Counted from the stretch's first letter, positions 27,109-37,732 are shown. The stretch is DNA of 58,796 bases from an uncultured Alphaproteobacteria bacterium (GCA_945835885.1 CAMAJR010000002.1:1-58796), one strand, 5' to 3'. Numbers and translations: made by a program. Notes: generated from the letters alone by a model not told the origin.

Positions 27109-28239
27109 TTATCCTTTTATTTTTGCCACTTTATTACCGGCGTGTCGCTCGATTCTGCCTGAAAATTCCAAGTCGAGAATTTGCGCAAAAAACTCGGCTT
27201 GCGATAAGCCGCAAGTGCGTAACAATTCATCAATATCAACACCTTCATAAGAAATCATGTCTATCAGACGGATATTTTCAGTCGGCATTTCCGACATTGG
27301 AATTGATACTTCTTTATGTGCAGAAATATTTACTTGATTTTTCGGTTTGTCAAGAGGGTGCAACAAAGTTTTTGGTTCTTTAATACCCCGATTTTGTCGC
27401 ATACTTAATACATTAAGTATATCATCTGCATTTTCTGTTAATAAGGCACCATCTTTGATTAATTTGTTTGGTCCGGCGGAACGACTTTCCATCGGCGAAC
27501 CCGGCACGGCAAAAATTTCTTTTCCTTGTTCAAGCGCTAATTTTGCCGTAATCAGCGAGCCGGAATTGATATTGGCCTCCACAATCAACGTTCCTTCCGT
27601 AAGAGCGGCAATGATTCTGTTGCGCCGCGGAAAGTTTGAAATTTGCGCCGATGTGCCGAGCGGAAGTTCGGAAATCAGCAGACCGTTGTCACGAATGTTG
27701 TTGTAAAGTTCGGTGTTTTCGGTCGGATACGGCACATCAACGCCCGTGCCCAATACGGCAACGGTTGCACCGGTTTGCCCTTTGGCGTAAAGTGCGCCTT
27801 TGTGTGCTGCGCCGTCAATGCCGCGTGCCATGCCGGAAACGGTTAACACATCGGCTTCGGTTAAATCATAAGCAATATGCGATGCCATTTTGCGTCCGCC
27901 GATAGAGGCGTTACGCGCTCCGACAATCGAAACCGACAGCGGATAATTTAATAAATCAATGCGTCCCAAAGCATAAATAATCGGCGGAGCGTCGTTGAGT
28001 TCAAGCAGATTGTGCGGATAGTTTTTATCGGTGTAGGCAATAATTTTGACACCGATTTGGGCGGCTTTTTCCAATTCGATTTCTGCCATTTGCCGCGAAA
28101 ACAACGCACGTTTTTGCGCTGCCAATTCCAATGCGTTTTTGATGTTTCCGGCCTTTTTGACGTAGTTGTAAAACGTGACCGGCCCGATGCCGTCGGTGTT
28201 AATCAGTTGCAGTATGTCAATTAAATTTGTGTCTTGCAC
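27109..28239 (-). CDS. dprA: DNA processing protein DprA/Smf
   Basis: 376 aa. Rossmann-like core (IVGARNAS..G, SGMARGIDGAAH, VLGTGVD..YP, FPRRNRIIA) and a C-terminal winged-helix. Conserved plsY-dprA-topA order. Confidence 0.93.
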   Translation of the reverse strand: MQDTNLIDILQLINTDGIGPVTFYNYVKKAGNIKNALELAAQKRALFSRQMAEIELEKAAQIGVKIIAYTDKNYPHNLLELNDAPPIIYALGRIDLLNYPLSVSIVGARNASIGGRKMASHIAYDLTEADVLTVSGMARGIDGAAHKGALYAKGQTGATVAVLGTGVDVPYPTENTELYNNIRDNGLLISELPLGTSAQISNFPRRNRIIAALTEGTLIVEANINSGSLITAKLALEQGKEIFAVPGSPMESRSAGPNKLIKDGALLTENADDILNVLSMRQNRGIKEPKTLLHPLDKPKNQVNISAHKEVSIPMSEMPTENIRLIDMISYEGVDIDELLRTCGLSQAEFFAQILDLEFSGRIERHAGNKVAKIKG

Positions 28240-28241
28240 GG

Positions 28242-28877
28242 TTATTTCTTCTTGAAACTGATTTTACTTTCTTCACCGTTGAGCAAACGCACGATATTTG
28301 CGTGGTGACGGAAAACAACCAAAACAGCTAATGCGGTGTAAAATGCCGCATATATCGGCGGACACATAAACCAAGCGGCAATCGGCATGGCAACCGCTGC
28401 GGTCAGTGCCGATAAAGAAGAATAACGGAATGTGAATGCCATAACAAGCCATACCCCGAGCGCTATCAATGCGACATAGGGCTGTGTCATTAAAATAAAA
28501 CCGAATGCGGAGGCAACGCCTTTGCCGCCCTTGAATTTGAGCCAAATCGGAAAATTGTGTCCCAAAACACCGAAAGTTCCGGCGATTAACGAACCGACAA
28601 CATTAAACGGCGCATTAGCGTTCCAAAGGTGTATAATCGGCGTATCGGGCAAAAATTTATATGCAATAAGCGCGGCTAAACCTGCTTTCAATGCGTCCAA
28701 TATCACGGTTAAGAGCGCAAGCCATTTGTTGCCGGTGCGCAAAACATTGGTGGCGCCGATGTTGTGTGAACCGATTTTGCGAATATCGCCGTATCCCGCC
28801 AAATAACATAAAACCAATCCAAATGGAACTGAACCGGCCAAATAGCCGCCCAAAGCGCAAAAAGCAAGTATTGTCAT
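28242..28877 (-). CDS. plsY: Glycerol-3-phosphate acyltransferase PlsY
   Basis: 211 aa. GSHNIGATNVLRTG and FKGGKGVA motifs in a multi-TM protein. Confidence 0.93.
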   Translation of the reverse strand: MTILAFCALGGYLAGSVPFGLVLCYLAGYGDIRKIGSHNIGATNVLRTGNKWLALLTVILDALKAGLAALIAYKFLPDTPIIHLWNANAPFNVVGSLIAGTFGVLGHNFPIWLKFKGGKGVASAFGFILMTQPYVALIALGVWLVMAFTFRYSSLSALTAAVAMPIAAWFMCPPIYAAFYTALAVLVVFRHHANIVRLLNGEESKISFKKK

Positions 28878-29057
28878 ATTTTTTCTCCAAAATTAAGATT
28901 ATTTATTTTGTAGCCGAAATAATTTTTTTTTGCAACCTTAATTTTTTACGGTCAAACGGCAAAATTATAAAAATTCTGTTGAAACCGTGTAAAATAATAA
29001 TGACAACACAAATAAAATGTTTAACATACAAACAGATTTAATTGTGATGAGTGTAAT

Positions 29058-29768
29058 ATGAAACCCAAATATAAAAGGATAATGCTTAAATTATCAGGCG
29101 AAGGTCTGGCCGGAAGCGAAAAGTTCGGAATCAATGCCGACGTTATTGCGCGTTTGGCTCAAGAGATAGTTGCCGTGCATAATTTAGGGGTTGAAATATG
29201 TTTGGTCATCGGCGGCGGCAACTTTTTCCGCGGTGCCAAGAATGTCGGGAATATGATGGATAGAAGTGTTGCCGACCAAATCGGTATGTTGGCGACCTTA
29301 ATGAATGCTTTGGCGATGAAGTCGGCATTGGAAATACTCGGTTGCGCGGCGACGGTTTATTCGGGATTTGCTGCACCGCAGGCGTGTGAAACATACAGTT
29401 TTCGCAAGGCGATTAAGTCGCTTGAAAACGGCGAAGTCGTGATTTTTGCCGGCGGCACCGGAAGCCCATATTTTACAACCGACACGGGGGCGGCATTGCG
29501 TGCGGCGGAAATGCATTGTGAGGTTTTAATGAAGGCAACGCAGGTTGATGGTATTTACAGCACAGATCCGCGCACAAATTCTGATGCAAAGCACTTTGAT
29601 GTAATCGGTTATGACGAAGTGATTGCCAAACATCTGAATGTTGCTGATATGACGGCGATTGCGTTTGCGCGCGATGCAAAGTTGCCGATAATGATTTTTG
29701 CTCAAGCAGGGGAAAACGCATTGATTGATGCAGTGTGCGGTAATATCAAACATTCAATGATAAAATAA
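29058..29768 (+). CDS. pyrH: UMP kinase
   Basis: 236 aa with YKRIMLKLSGE, VIGGGN.FRG, FAGGTGSPYFTTD and VDGIYS.DP motifs. Confidence 0.96.
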   Translation: MKPKYKRIMLKLSGEGLAGSEKFGINADVIARLAQEIVAVHNLGVEICLVIGGGNFFRGAKNVGNMMDRSVADQIGMLATLMNALAMKSALEILGCAATVYSGFAAPQACETYSFRKAIKSLENGEVVIFAGGTGSPYFTTDTGAALRAAEMHCEVLMKATQVDGIYSTDPRTNSDAKHFDVIGYDEVIAKHLNVADMTAIAFARDAKLPIMIFAQAGENALIDAVCGNIKHSMIK

Positions 29769-29778
29769 TGAGGGAAAT

Positions 29779-30342
29779 ATGACAGATTATAATTCGTTAA
29801 AAAATGATACATTGGAAAGAATGGATAAAACGCTGGAATCGCTTAAAAGTGATTTTGGCGGTTTGCGAGCCGGTCGCGCTCATGCCAGTTTGTTAGACGG
29901 TATTTTGGTTGAGGCATACGGCAGTATGTCTCCGATAGCGCAGGTCGGAACGGTTGCGGTGCCAGATGCGCGCACATTGTCGGTCAGTGTGTGGGATAAA
30001 GGGTTGCTTAAAAGTGTTGAAAAGGCCTTGCGTGAAAGTGATTTGGGCTTGAATCCGATGAATGACGGGCAGGTTATTCGTATCCCGATTCCGCCGCTTA
30101 GCGAGGAACGTCGTAAAGAGTTGGTGAAAATCGCCGGCAAGTATGCCGAACAGGCAAAAATTGCCGTGCGCAACATTCGCCGTGATGCGATGGATGAAGT
30201 CAAAAAAATGAAGAAAGATTCATTGATTTCCGAAGACGATGAAAAAAAATACAACAATGATGTTCAAAAATGGACCGATGATGCCGTCAAGAAAATCGAT
30301 GAGCAATATGCGTCTAAAGAAAAGGATATTATGCAAGTATAG
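29779..30342 (+). CDS. frr: Ribosome recycling factor
   Basis: 187 aa with LRAGRAHASLLD, IPIPPLSEERRKELVK and IRRDA motifs. Confidence 0.96.
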   Translation: MTDYNSLKNDTLERMDKTLESLKSDFGGLRAGRAHASLLDGILVEAYGSMSPIAQVGTVAVPDARTLSVSVWDKGLLKSVEKALRESDLGLNPMNDGQVIRIPIPPLSEERRKELVKIAGKYAEQAKIAVRNIRRDAMDEVKKMKKDSLISEDDEKKYNNDVQKWTDDAVKKIDEQYASKEKDIMQV

Positions 30343-30351
30343 GGTCGTGTC

Positions 30352-31056
30352 GTGAGCAGTTCGGATTTGCAACATATTGCTTTTATTATGGATGGTAACC
30401 GCCGTTGGGCAAAGCAGCGCGGTTTGCCGGTATCGCAAGGACATAAAAAAGGTGCGGATGTTTTGGTTGAAGTCGCAAAAGCGGCTAAAGAAATCGGTAT
30501 AAAATATATGACTGTTTATGCGTTTTCTACCGAAAATTGGCAACGTTCCGAAAGCGAAGTTTCACAGCTTATGGATTTGCTGCGGCAATATTTAGACAGT
30601 GGTTTTAAGGAATTGCAGGAAAACGATGCTCGGATTTGCTTTATCGGCGAAAGACATATGCTGGCACCGGATATTGTGGCAAAAATAGAAAAAATAGAAC
30701 ACGAAACGGCAGACAACAAATCCGTAACTTTGTGTGTTGCACTCAGTTACGGCGGCAGACAAGAGATAACGGCGGCGGCAAAAAAACTTGCGGAACAGGT
30801 TCAGCAAGGCATAGTCAAGCCGGATGATATTGATTGCAAGATGTTTGAACAATGTTTATATACTGTCGGGTTGCCGGATCCGGACTTGATGGTCAGAACC
30901 GGCGGCGAAAAGCGTGTCAGCAATTATTTGCCGTGGCAGTTGTCTTACAGCGAATTTTATTTTTCAGACACATTGTGGCCTGATTTTAATAAAAAAGAAT
31001 TAATACAAATTGTTGAAGAATACAGTAAAAGGGAGAGAAGATATGGTAAGTCGTAA
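30352..31056 (+). CDS. uppS: Undecaprenyl diphosphate synthase
   Basis: 234 aa with HIAFIMDGNRRWA, FSTENW.R and RTGGE.R(V/L)SN(Y/F)L.WQ motifs. GTG start. Confidence 0.94.
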   Translation: MSSSDLQHIAFIMDGNRRWAKQRGLPVSQGHKKGADVLVEVAKAAKEIGIKYMTVYAFSTENWQRSESEVSQLMDLLRQYLDSGFKELQENDARICFIGERHMLAPDIVAKIEKIEHETADNKSVTLCVALSYGGRQEITAAAKKLAEQVQQGIVKPDDIDCKMFEQCLYTVGLPDPDLMVRTGGEKRVSNYLPWQLSYSEFYFSDTLWPDFNKKELIQIVEEYSKRERRYGKS

Positions 31057-31951
31057 AATGGGAGCGATGATTAAAAGAGTGTTGGCGGCGGCGGTAATGA
31101 TTCCGATTGCAATTATAACGTTGTATATCGGAAGTCCGTATGTTGAAGTTTTAGCAATCACCGTCGGCGGTTTGCTTGCGTGGGAGTGGGGAAATATGCT
31201 TTCTACGCCGCACACATCGTCGTATTATGTAACAGCGTATATGATGGCATTGGCAACGGCTATTTGGGCGTATAATTTCTCAGTTATTTTTTCGATGATT
31301 GCGATTATTTCGCTGTTCGTATGGGCATTGGCGGAAAAAGAAAAACATCGTTGGTTGCTTGTTTTGGGGGTGCCGTATATTGCTATCGGCGTGGCTTCGT
31401 TGATTTGGATGTATCGTTCATTTGACCCGAGCGCCGGTGCTTTTGACCCACGCTACAATTACAGCTTTATAATGTCGGCTTGGTTCTTTTTGATGGTTTG
31501 GAGTATGGATATCGGCGGTTTGGTTGTCGGTTGCAACGTGCGCGGACCGAAATTGGCACCGAAAATCAGTCCGAACAAAACTTGGTCCGGATTTTTCGGC
31601 GGAATTATGCTTGCGGTTTCGGTCAGTATTATCTTTATGTATTTCTGCACGCAAATTATGGAAATTCCGTTTTATGATTTTGAAAAATTCCGCTACATTT
31701 CGTTTTCGTATAAGCCGTTGGATGTGCGCTATGAGTGGAATGTCAACAGCCAGATGTTTTATGCTTTGTTAGCGGTGTTTGTTGCAATATTGGCGCAAAT
31801 CGGTGATTTAATCGAATCGGCAATTAAACGCAAAGTTGGCGTTAAGGATTCATCAAAGCTTATACCCGGACACGGTGGGGTTTTTGACCGAATCGATGGC
31901 CTGATTTTTGCGTCGGCGTTTACTTATATGTTTTTTGCGTATATTTTGTGA
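31043..31951 (+). CDS. cdsA: Phosphatidate cytidylyltransferase
   Basis: Multi-TM protein with the CDS signature SAIKRKVGVKDSSKLIPGHGGVFDRIDG. Start chosen at the ATG behind GGGAGAGAAG, overlapping the uppS end. Confidence 0.9.
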   Translation: MVSRKMGAMIKRVLAAAVMIPIAIITLYIGSPYVEVLAITVGGLLAWEWGNMLSTPHTSSYYVTAYMMALATAIWAYNFSVIFSMIAIISLFVWALAEKEKHRWLLVLGVPYIAIGVASLIWMYRSFDPSAGAFDPRYNYSFIMSAWFFLMVWSMDIGGLVVGCNVRGPKLAPKISPNKTWSGFFGGIMLAVSVSIIFMYFCTQIMEIPFYDFEKFRYISFSYKPLDVRYEWNVNSQMFYALLAVFVAILAQIGDLIESAIKRKVGVKDSSKLIPGHGGVFDRIDGLIFASAFTYMFFAYIL

Positions 31952-31961
31952 GGCAAAGCAA

Positions 31962-33392
31962 ATGTCGATAATAACAAACATTATTTATTATATTGTGCCG
32001 TTTATCGTCCTGTTGGGCGTGTTGGTGTTTGTGCATGAATTCGGGCACTTTATTGTGGCGCGTTTGTTGAATGTGCGTGTGGTGGCTTTTTCCATCGGAT
32101 TCGGTAAAAAATTATGGAGTCGCACCGATAAAAAAGGAACGTGTTGGCAATTGGCGGCTGTTCCGCTTGGCGGATATTGTCAGTTTTTAGGCGACGGTGA
32201 TGCCTCTTCTTCGACAACCGATGACACATTGGCAAATTTGAGTGATGAAGAAAAGAAAGGTGCGTTTGCCTTGCAGCCGGCGTGGAAAAAGATTCTGATT
32301 GTTGTTGCCGGTCCGTTCTTCAATTATCTGTTTGCGGCCATATTGTTTTTTGGAATGTTTTGGGTTTACGGCAAAATGGTTTATCCGCCGGTTGTCGGCG
32401 AAGTTTTTGAAAACGGTGCCGCCGAAAAAGCCGGAATTTCCGTTGGTGACAGAATCGTCAGTATAAATGGTAAGGAAGTTTCTGACTTTTTGTCACTCAG
32501 TAATGAAATTCAGTTGTCGCAGACGGACCCTGTGGAAATTGTGGTTGAGCGGACATTTGAAACAAAGGTGCGTCCGGATATTGTTTCTGCCTGTGCTAAT
32601 GACAACCGCAAACTTATCGGCGTCAGCGGAACGCGGATGACTCAAGAGGTGACACTTTCGGACGGTTCTACGGAAACAAAAGAAACTGTTTTGCCGATTG
32701 TCAACAATGTTTTGCCGGATAGTCCGGCACAAAAAGCCGGATTGCAAAAAGGCGACGTGCTGGTATCGGTTGACGAAAAGCCGTTGAATTTGTTTAAAGA
32801 TTTGAAACAGTATGTTATGGAGCATCAAGAAGATGAAATTGCCGTTCAATACAAGCGGCAGATATCGCTTCAGGCGCATTTAGATGAAAAAACACCGCCG
32901 GGAGAAGAGAAAAGCGCGATGCCGCGTCGTCGAATGCTCGGTGTTAAGTCGGTGCCGGATTTAACCGTGTCGGAAGAGTATGGCTTTGCCGAGGCGGCTT
33001 TTGCCGGTGTTAAAGAAACTTATGATATTACCGCAATGACTTTGCGCGGGGTTTGGCAGATGATAACCGGTCAACGCAGCGGACAAGACGTCGGAGGTAT
33101 TATTCGGATTGCCGAGATGTCCGGTGATGTGAGTAAACGCGGCGGATTTATCGGGTTTATCTATTTTATGGCTTTGATTTCGGTCAATTTGGGACTACTC
33201 AATTTGTTCCCGATTCCTGTTTTAGATGGTGGAAATTTGGTTATCTTTGTAATTGAACTGTTGATAGGTCGTGAGCTTAAACCAACTGTTAAGGATTGGA
33301 TTTTTAAGTTTGGTATAGTGATTGTGTTGGCGCTTATGGTGTTTGCGACATGGAATGATGTTGTGCATCTGATTAGCCGATTTTTTAAATGA
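31962..33392 (+). CDS. rseP: Site-2 (RIP) zinc metalloprotease RseP
   Basis: HEFGHFIVAR (HExxH) in TM1, PDZ-like segments (GAAEKAGISVGDRIVSING; SPAQKAGLQKGDVLVSVD) and the C-terminal NLFPIP.LDGG motif. Confidence 0.92.
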   Translation: MSIITNIIYYIVPFIVLLGVLVFVHEFGHFIVARLLNVRVVAFSIGFGKKLWSRTDKKGTCWQLAAVPLGGYCQFLGDGDASSSTTDDTLANLSDEEKKGAFALQPAWKKILIVVAGPFFNYLFAAILFFGMFWVYGKMVYPPVVGEVFENGAAEKAGISVGDRIVSINGKEVSDFLSLSNEIQLSQTDPVEIVVERTFETKVRPDIVSACANDNRKLIGVSGTRMTQEVTLSDGSTETKETVLPIVNNVLPDSPAQKAGLQKGDVLVSVDEKPLNLFKDLKQYVMEHQEDEIAVQYKRQISLQAHLDEKTPPGEEKSAMPRRRMLGVKSVPDLTVSEEYGFAEAAFAGVKETYDITAMTLRGVWQMITGQRSGQDVGGIIRIAEMSGDVSKRGGFIGFIYFMALISVNLGLLNLFPIPVLDGGNLVIFVIELLIGRELKPTVKDWIFKFGIVIVLALMVFATWNDVVHLISRFFK

Positions 33393-33406
33393 TGAGGAAT
33401 AAAACA

Positions 33407-35665
33407 ATGAAAAAAGTAATTTATGCCGGATTATTAACCAGCTTGATTGCATTTCAGGCAAATGCCGCCGGATACTATGTGAAAAACATTGAAGTTGACG
33501 GTTTGCAACGTGTGGAAAAGGAAACGGTATTGGCGTATTTGAATTTGAAACAAAATCGCAACATATCGCAGGAAGAATTGGATAATTCGTTTAAGAGCTT
33601 GTATGCAACGGGTTTGTTCAGTGATATTGACTTCGATATTTCCGAAAAAAATACGTTGAAAATCAATGTCAAAGAAAATCCGATTATCGGTAAGCGCGCG
33701 TTTGACGGCAACGATAAAATCGGTGATAAAACATTGGAAGCTGAAGTTCAGTTGGGACCGCGCTCGATTTATGATAAAGCAAAGGTGCAACAAGATGTTC
33801 AGCGTATTTTGAATGTTTACCGTAAAACCGGCCGCTATGCCGTGACGGTTGAGCCGAAGATAATCGAACGTGAAGATAATCGTGTTGATTTGATTTATGA
33901 AATCGATGAAGGAACTTCTGCCAAAATCGATAAAATTAACTTTATCGGCAATACGCATTACAGCAACTCCGATTTGCGTGACGAAATTATGAGTCGCGAG
34001 AGCAGATGGTATCGCTTTTTCAGCTCAGCAGACGAATATGATGCCGAAAAAATGGATTATGATAAAGAAATGTTGCGTCGTTTTTATACAACGCACGGCT
34101 ATGCTGACTTTAACGTCGAATCTGCCGTTGCCGAATTGAGTGATGACAACAAATCGTTTATTTTAACTTTTACGGTTGATGAAGGTCCGCGTTATAAAGT
34201 TAAGAACATCAACATTGAATCTCGTATTGAAGGCGTTGATACCGAAAGATTGCGCAAAGATTTGGAAATTTCCTCAGGCGATTGGTATAATTTGGAAGAT
34301 GTGGAAAGGTCAATTTCAGAAATGACCGAAACACTTGGCAAAAAAGGTTTTGCGTTTGTTGAAATCGGGGTCGAATTTCAACGTGATACGGCAAACAATA
34401 AGATTGACCTGAACTTTGTTGTGAATGAAAGCGAGCGTCTGTTTGTCAATCGTATTAACATTACCGGTAACGAGCGAACGATGGATGAGGTTATTCGTCG
34501 TGAATTCAGAATTGATGAGGGCGATGCGTTCAATATCTCTAAACTTCGTGATTCACGTCGTAATATTGAAAACCTTAACTACTTCAGCAAAGTTGATTTA
34601 CAAACAGATGTTATTTCCGACAACAAAGTTGATGTGAATGCGGTTGTTGAAGAAAAATCAACCGGTTACTTTAATATCGGTGTCGGTTATTCTACCACGA
34701 ACGGTGCTTTAATCAGAGCCGGCATTGTTGAAAATAACTTCCGCGGCAAAGGTCAGGAACTCGGCTTGAATGTCGGCCTTGCTGAAAAGAATAAGGATTA
34801 CAACATCAGCTTTACCGAACCGTATTTCTTGGGACGTCGTTTGAGTGCCGGTATTGATTTGTTCTTGGACGATCAGGACTATGAAGAGGAGGCATCATAC
34901 GACACACGCACCATCGGCGGACGCACACGTTTGGGGTGGAAATACACAGACAGATTTTATCACTTTATGCGCTATAATTTGAGCGAAAACGATATTAAAA
35001 ATGTTAAAGATAATGCTTCTGAATTTGTGAAAGCCGAGGAAGGAAAGGCCGTGACTTCGTCTGTTGGCGAAACATTTATCTACGACCGTCGTGATAGCTC
35101 GGTGAATCCGAGAGAAGGTTACTATCTTTCGTTCGGACACGATATTTCCGGTTTAGGCGGTGATACAAAATATAACAAAGTTGATGCAAAGATTTCTAAA
35201 TTTTATACGGTGTTTGACCACTATACATTCAGATTCTTTGCCAACGGCGGTTACGTTGCGGGTTACGGCGGAAAAGATGTCAGAATGTCTGACCGCTACT
35301 ACTTGGGCGGTGCGAATATGCGCGGTTTCGAATCTGCCGGTATCGGCGCGCGTGACCTCAGAACAGGCGACGCCTTGGGTGGTAACTGGATTGTGACTTC
35401 CGGTGCCGAGTTGACCTTCCCAATCGGGTTGGATGAACTCGGTGTCAAAGGCCGCACTTTCTGGGATGTCGGCACAATCGGCAAACCGGATAAATTTGAT
35501 GAAAACAAAATTGCTTATACCGGTTTGGTCAGACAGTCCATCGGTTTCGGTTTTGACTGGTTCTCTCCGATGGGACGTGTTAACCTTGACTTCGGTTTCC
35601 CGATTGTTAAGGCGGATTATGATGGAAAAGAAGTGTTCCGTCTGAACTTCGGTACCAACTTATAA
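33407..35665 (+). CDS. bamA: Outer membrane protein assembly factor BamA
   Basis: Signal peptide [27 protein letters not shown] repeats (I.V.G......V), a C-terminal beta-barrel with GG..S.RGF and a terminal aromatic-rich strand. Start taken at the ATG behind a GAGGAA SD. Confidence 0.94.
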   Translation: MKKVIYAGLLTSLIAFQANAAGYYVKNIEVDGLQRVEKETVLAYLNLKQNRNISQEELDNSFKSLYATGLFSDIDFDISEKNTLKINVKENPIIGKRAFDGNDKIGDKTLEAEVQLGPRSIYDKAKVQQDVQRILNVYRKTGRYAVTVEPKIIEREDNRVDLIYEIDEGTSAKIDKINFIGNTHYSNSDLRDEIMSRESRWYRFFSSADEYDAEKMDYDKEMLRRFYTTHGYADFNVESAVAELSDDNKSFILTFTVDEGPRYKVKNINIESRIEGVDTERLRKDLEISSGDWYNLEDVERSISEMTETLGKKGFAFVEIGVEFQRDTANNKIDLNFVVNESERLFVNRINITGNERTMDEVIRREFRIDEGDAFNISKLRDSRRNIENLNYFSKVDLQTDVISDNKVDVNAVVEEKSTGYFNIGVGYSTTNGALIRAGIVENNFRGKGQELGLNVGLAEKNKDYNISFTEPYFLGRRLSAGIDLFLDDQDYEEEASYDTRTIGGRTRLGWKYTDRFYHFMRYNLSENDIKNVKDNASEFVKAEEGKAVTSSVGETFIYDRRDSSVNPREGYYLSFGHDISGLGGDTKYNKVDAKISKFYTVFDHYTFRFFANGGYVAGYGGKDVRMSDRYYLGGANMRGFESAGIGARDLRTGDALGGNWIVTSGAELTFPIGLDELGVKGRTFWDVGTIGKPDKFDENKIAYTGLVRQSIGFGFDWFSPMGRVNLDFGFPIVKADYDGKEVFRLNFGTNL

Positions 35666-35675
35666 GGGAAAAAAT

Positions 35676-36689
35676 ATGGTAGATAAACATTTTTATGATG
35701 TGAAAGAAAACGTGACCTTGGCACAAATAGCAGAGGTCACATCTGCCGTCTTAACAGACACGGTCAAGGCAGATGAAAAAATAGCCGATATTGCGACAAT
35801 GACCTCTGCCGGCGCCGATGATGTGTGTTTTTTCTATGACCGCAAAGAGAAGGAAAAGGCCGCAGAAATGAAAGCAAAGGTCTGCGTTACGACCGAGGAT
35901 TTAAAACAATTTGTGCCGGAAGGAGTTGCAGTTTTGGTTTGCGACAATCCGAAAATTGCGTTTATCAAACTCAATGAATTTATGTATGCCGAAAAAAAAG
36001 CAAAACCGGCTATTGATGCAAGTGCCAAAATCGCTTCAAGTGCCAAAATCGGCTCAGGTTGCAGTATCGGCGCCAACGCGGTAATCGGCGAAAATGTCGA
36101 AATCGGCAACGATTGTGTTATTGAGCCGAATGTCGTGATTGCGCAAGGTTGTAAAATCGGCAACAACTGTCGAATCGGTAACAATGCCTCAATAGCATAC
36201 AGCATTATCGGCAATAATTGCTACATTTATACCGGTGCGCGTATCGGGCAAGACGGTTTCGGTTTTCAAATGATAAACGGTCAACATCATCGCATTGCGC
36301 AACTCGGGCGCGTGATTATCGGTAACGATGTCGAAATCGGTGCCAACACTTGTATTGACCGCGGTGCGCTTGATGATACGGTTATCGGGGACGGCACGCG
36401 TATTGATAATTTGGTGCAGATTGCGCACAATGATAAGCTCGGACGCGGTTGTGTGATTGTTTCACAGGTCGGAATTGCCGGTAGCTGCACGCTCGGAGAT
36501 TATGTTGTTTTAGGCGGTCAAGTCGGTTTGGCGGACCACTTGAATATCGGCAGCGGCGCGCAAGTTGCGGCACAATCCGGTGCAATGCGTGATATTGAAG
36601 CGGGCGCGGTGGTTATGGGGTCACCGTGCGTGCCGTTTAAGGATTTTATGCGCCAAGTTTCGTTTTTACAAAAAAATTCTAAAAAATAG
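35676..36689 (+). CDS. lpxD: UDP-3-O-acylglucosamine N-acyltransferase
   Basis: 337 aa. Long run of hexapeptide repeats (IG.N..I), G.DGFGF and IAHN motifs. Canonical bamA-lpxD-fabZ context. Confidence 0.92.
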   Translation: MVDKHFYDVKENVTLAQIAEVTSAVLTDTVKADEKIADIATMTSAGADDVCFFYDRKEKEKAAEMKAKVCVTTEDLKQFVPEGVAVLVCDNPKIAFIKLNEFMYAEKKAKPAIDASAKIASSAKIGSGCSIGANAVIGENVEIGNDCVIEPNVVIAQGCKIGNNCRIGNNASIAYSIIGNNCYIYTGARIGQDGFGFQMINGQHHRIAQLGRVIIGNDVEIGANTCIDRGALDDTVIGDGTRIDNLVQIAHNDKLGRGCVIVSQVGIAGSCTLGDYVVLGGQVGLADHLNIGSGAQVAAQSGAMRDIEAGAVVMGSPCVPFKDFMRQVSFLQKNSKK

Positions 36690-36697
36690 AGGATAAA

Positions 36698-37150
36698 ATG
36701 GCTGAAGAAAAAATTTATAATATTGATGAAATTATGAAAATGTTACCGCATCGCTATCCGTTTTTGTTGGTGGATAGATTGATTGTGGAAGAACCGGGTG
36801 AAAAGGGTATCGGTATTAAAAATCTGACAATGAACGAATTGTTCTTTCAGGGACATTTTCCGGGCAATCCGATTATGCCGGGGGTGTTGCAGATTGAGGC
36901 AATGGCTCAAGCGGCCGGTTGTATTGTGATGGCGGCAGAAGGCAATTATGAAACTCAAAAATGCGGTGTGTTGTTTATGTCGGTTGACGGTGTAAAGTTT
37001 CGTAAGCCGGTTCGGCCGGGAGACCAACTTAAAATGCATCTTGAAAAGGTTAAAGCTCATCGCAATATCTTTGTGTTTAAGGGCGTGTCAAAAGTTGATG
37101 ACCAAGTGGTGTCTGAAGCAGAATTGACGGCAATGGTTATTAAAGAGTAA
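36698..37150 (+). CDS. fabZ: 3-hydroxyacyl-ACP dehydratase FabZ
   Basis: 150 aa with LPHRYPFLLVDR, FF.GHFPG.PIMPGVL.IEAMAQ motifs. Confidence 0.95.
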   Translation: MAEEKIYNIDEIMKMLPHRYPFLLVDRLIVEEPGEKGIGIKNLTMNELFFQGHFPGNPIMPGVLQIEAMAQAAGCIVMAAEGNYETQKCGVLFMSVDGVKFRKPVRPGDQLKMHLEKVKAHRNIFVFKGVSKVDDQVVSEAELTAMVIKE

Positions 37151-37155
37151 CAAAA

Positions 37156-37461
37156 TTAAAAAGAATCGATTTTGTAAAACTTTGATGGCGCATCTTCGGT
37201 GCGCCATTTGCCGTATTCTGTGCATTTTGCCAAGTATTTTTTTTCTTCGGTGGCGGACGGCAGTTGCATCGGGACCGAATCAAGTATTTTACCATCGGTC
37301 AGAGTGATAATATGGCGTAAAACATTGAGTTTTTGTTTTTCGGTCAGATAGTTCAGCGAAAGCATAATCATACTGTCTTGGTAAGGGATAAAATATTCGT
37401 TTTCAACGGTTTCTTTTATTTGCACCAAGTCACCGACGGCGCGGATATAATGTTTTTTCAT
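37156..37461 (-). CDS. Hypothetical protein (101 aa)
   Basis: ATG preceded by an AAGGGAGAAG SD. No recognisable motif. Lies directly downstream of the structured leader and terminator at 37494-37700. Confidence 0.55.
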   Translation of the reverse strand: MKKHYIRAVGDLVQIKETVENEYFIPYQDSMIMLSLNYLTEKQKLNVLRHIITLTDGKILDSVPMQLPSATEEKKYLAKCTEYGKWRTEDAPSKFYKIDSF

Positions 37462-37492
37462 TTTTTTCTTCTCCCTTTTTAAGTGTTGCAAA

Positions 37493-37519
37493 TAAAAAAG
37501 CTATCTTAAAAAAGATAGC
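37493..37519 (-). terminator. Intrinsic terminator (minus strand) about 30 nt upstream of the orphan gene start
   Basis: Minus strand reads GCTATCTT-tttt-AAGATAGC-TTTTTT: perfect 8-bp stem, 4-nt loop and T6 run. Confidence 0.7.
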
Positions 37520-37700
37520 AGGAAGTCGAAAGCTATAACAGGTATAGTGCAGGTATTCAGCGCCATACAGACGCCTTATTTCCTACCTTCCTGCCAAAGC
37601 AAGAAAGTAGTTTTTTACACTTAGAAGTTAAGTTAGCTTAACTATCTATGAAACCTATAGATGCTTTCGAACATCACACCGGGGATTTACCCGTTGCACA
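37494..37700 (-). ncRNA. Candidate ~200-nt structured RNA (independent sRNA or attenuator/riboswitch-like leader)
   Basis: Non-coding stretch bounded by a consensus -35 promoter and a canonical terminator. It contains long-range complementarities: TCGAAAGC (37653-37660) with GCTTTCGA (37527-37534), and GCAGGAAG (37587-37594) with CTTCCTGC (37519-37526). No family recognised. Confidence 0.4.
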
Positions 37701-37703
37701 ATT

Positions 37704-37732
37704 AAATTAGCACGCAAAATGCCGGTTGTCAA
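37704..37732 (-). promoter_or_regulatory. Candidate sigma70 promoter for the 37.5-37.7 kb RNA unit
   Basis: Minus strand: TTGACA (37732-37727), 17-nt spacer, TAATTT (37709-37704). Confidence 0.45.

Noticed and set aside
37640-37700. GTTCGAA and GGGTAAATCCCC elements on the minus strand that superficially resemble a tRNA/tmRNA T-arm.
   Set aside because: The stems and loop lengths are non-canonical (6-8 nt loops). There is no acceptor stem, CCA context, anticodon arm or tag ORF, so I did not call a tRNA or tmRNA.
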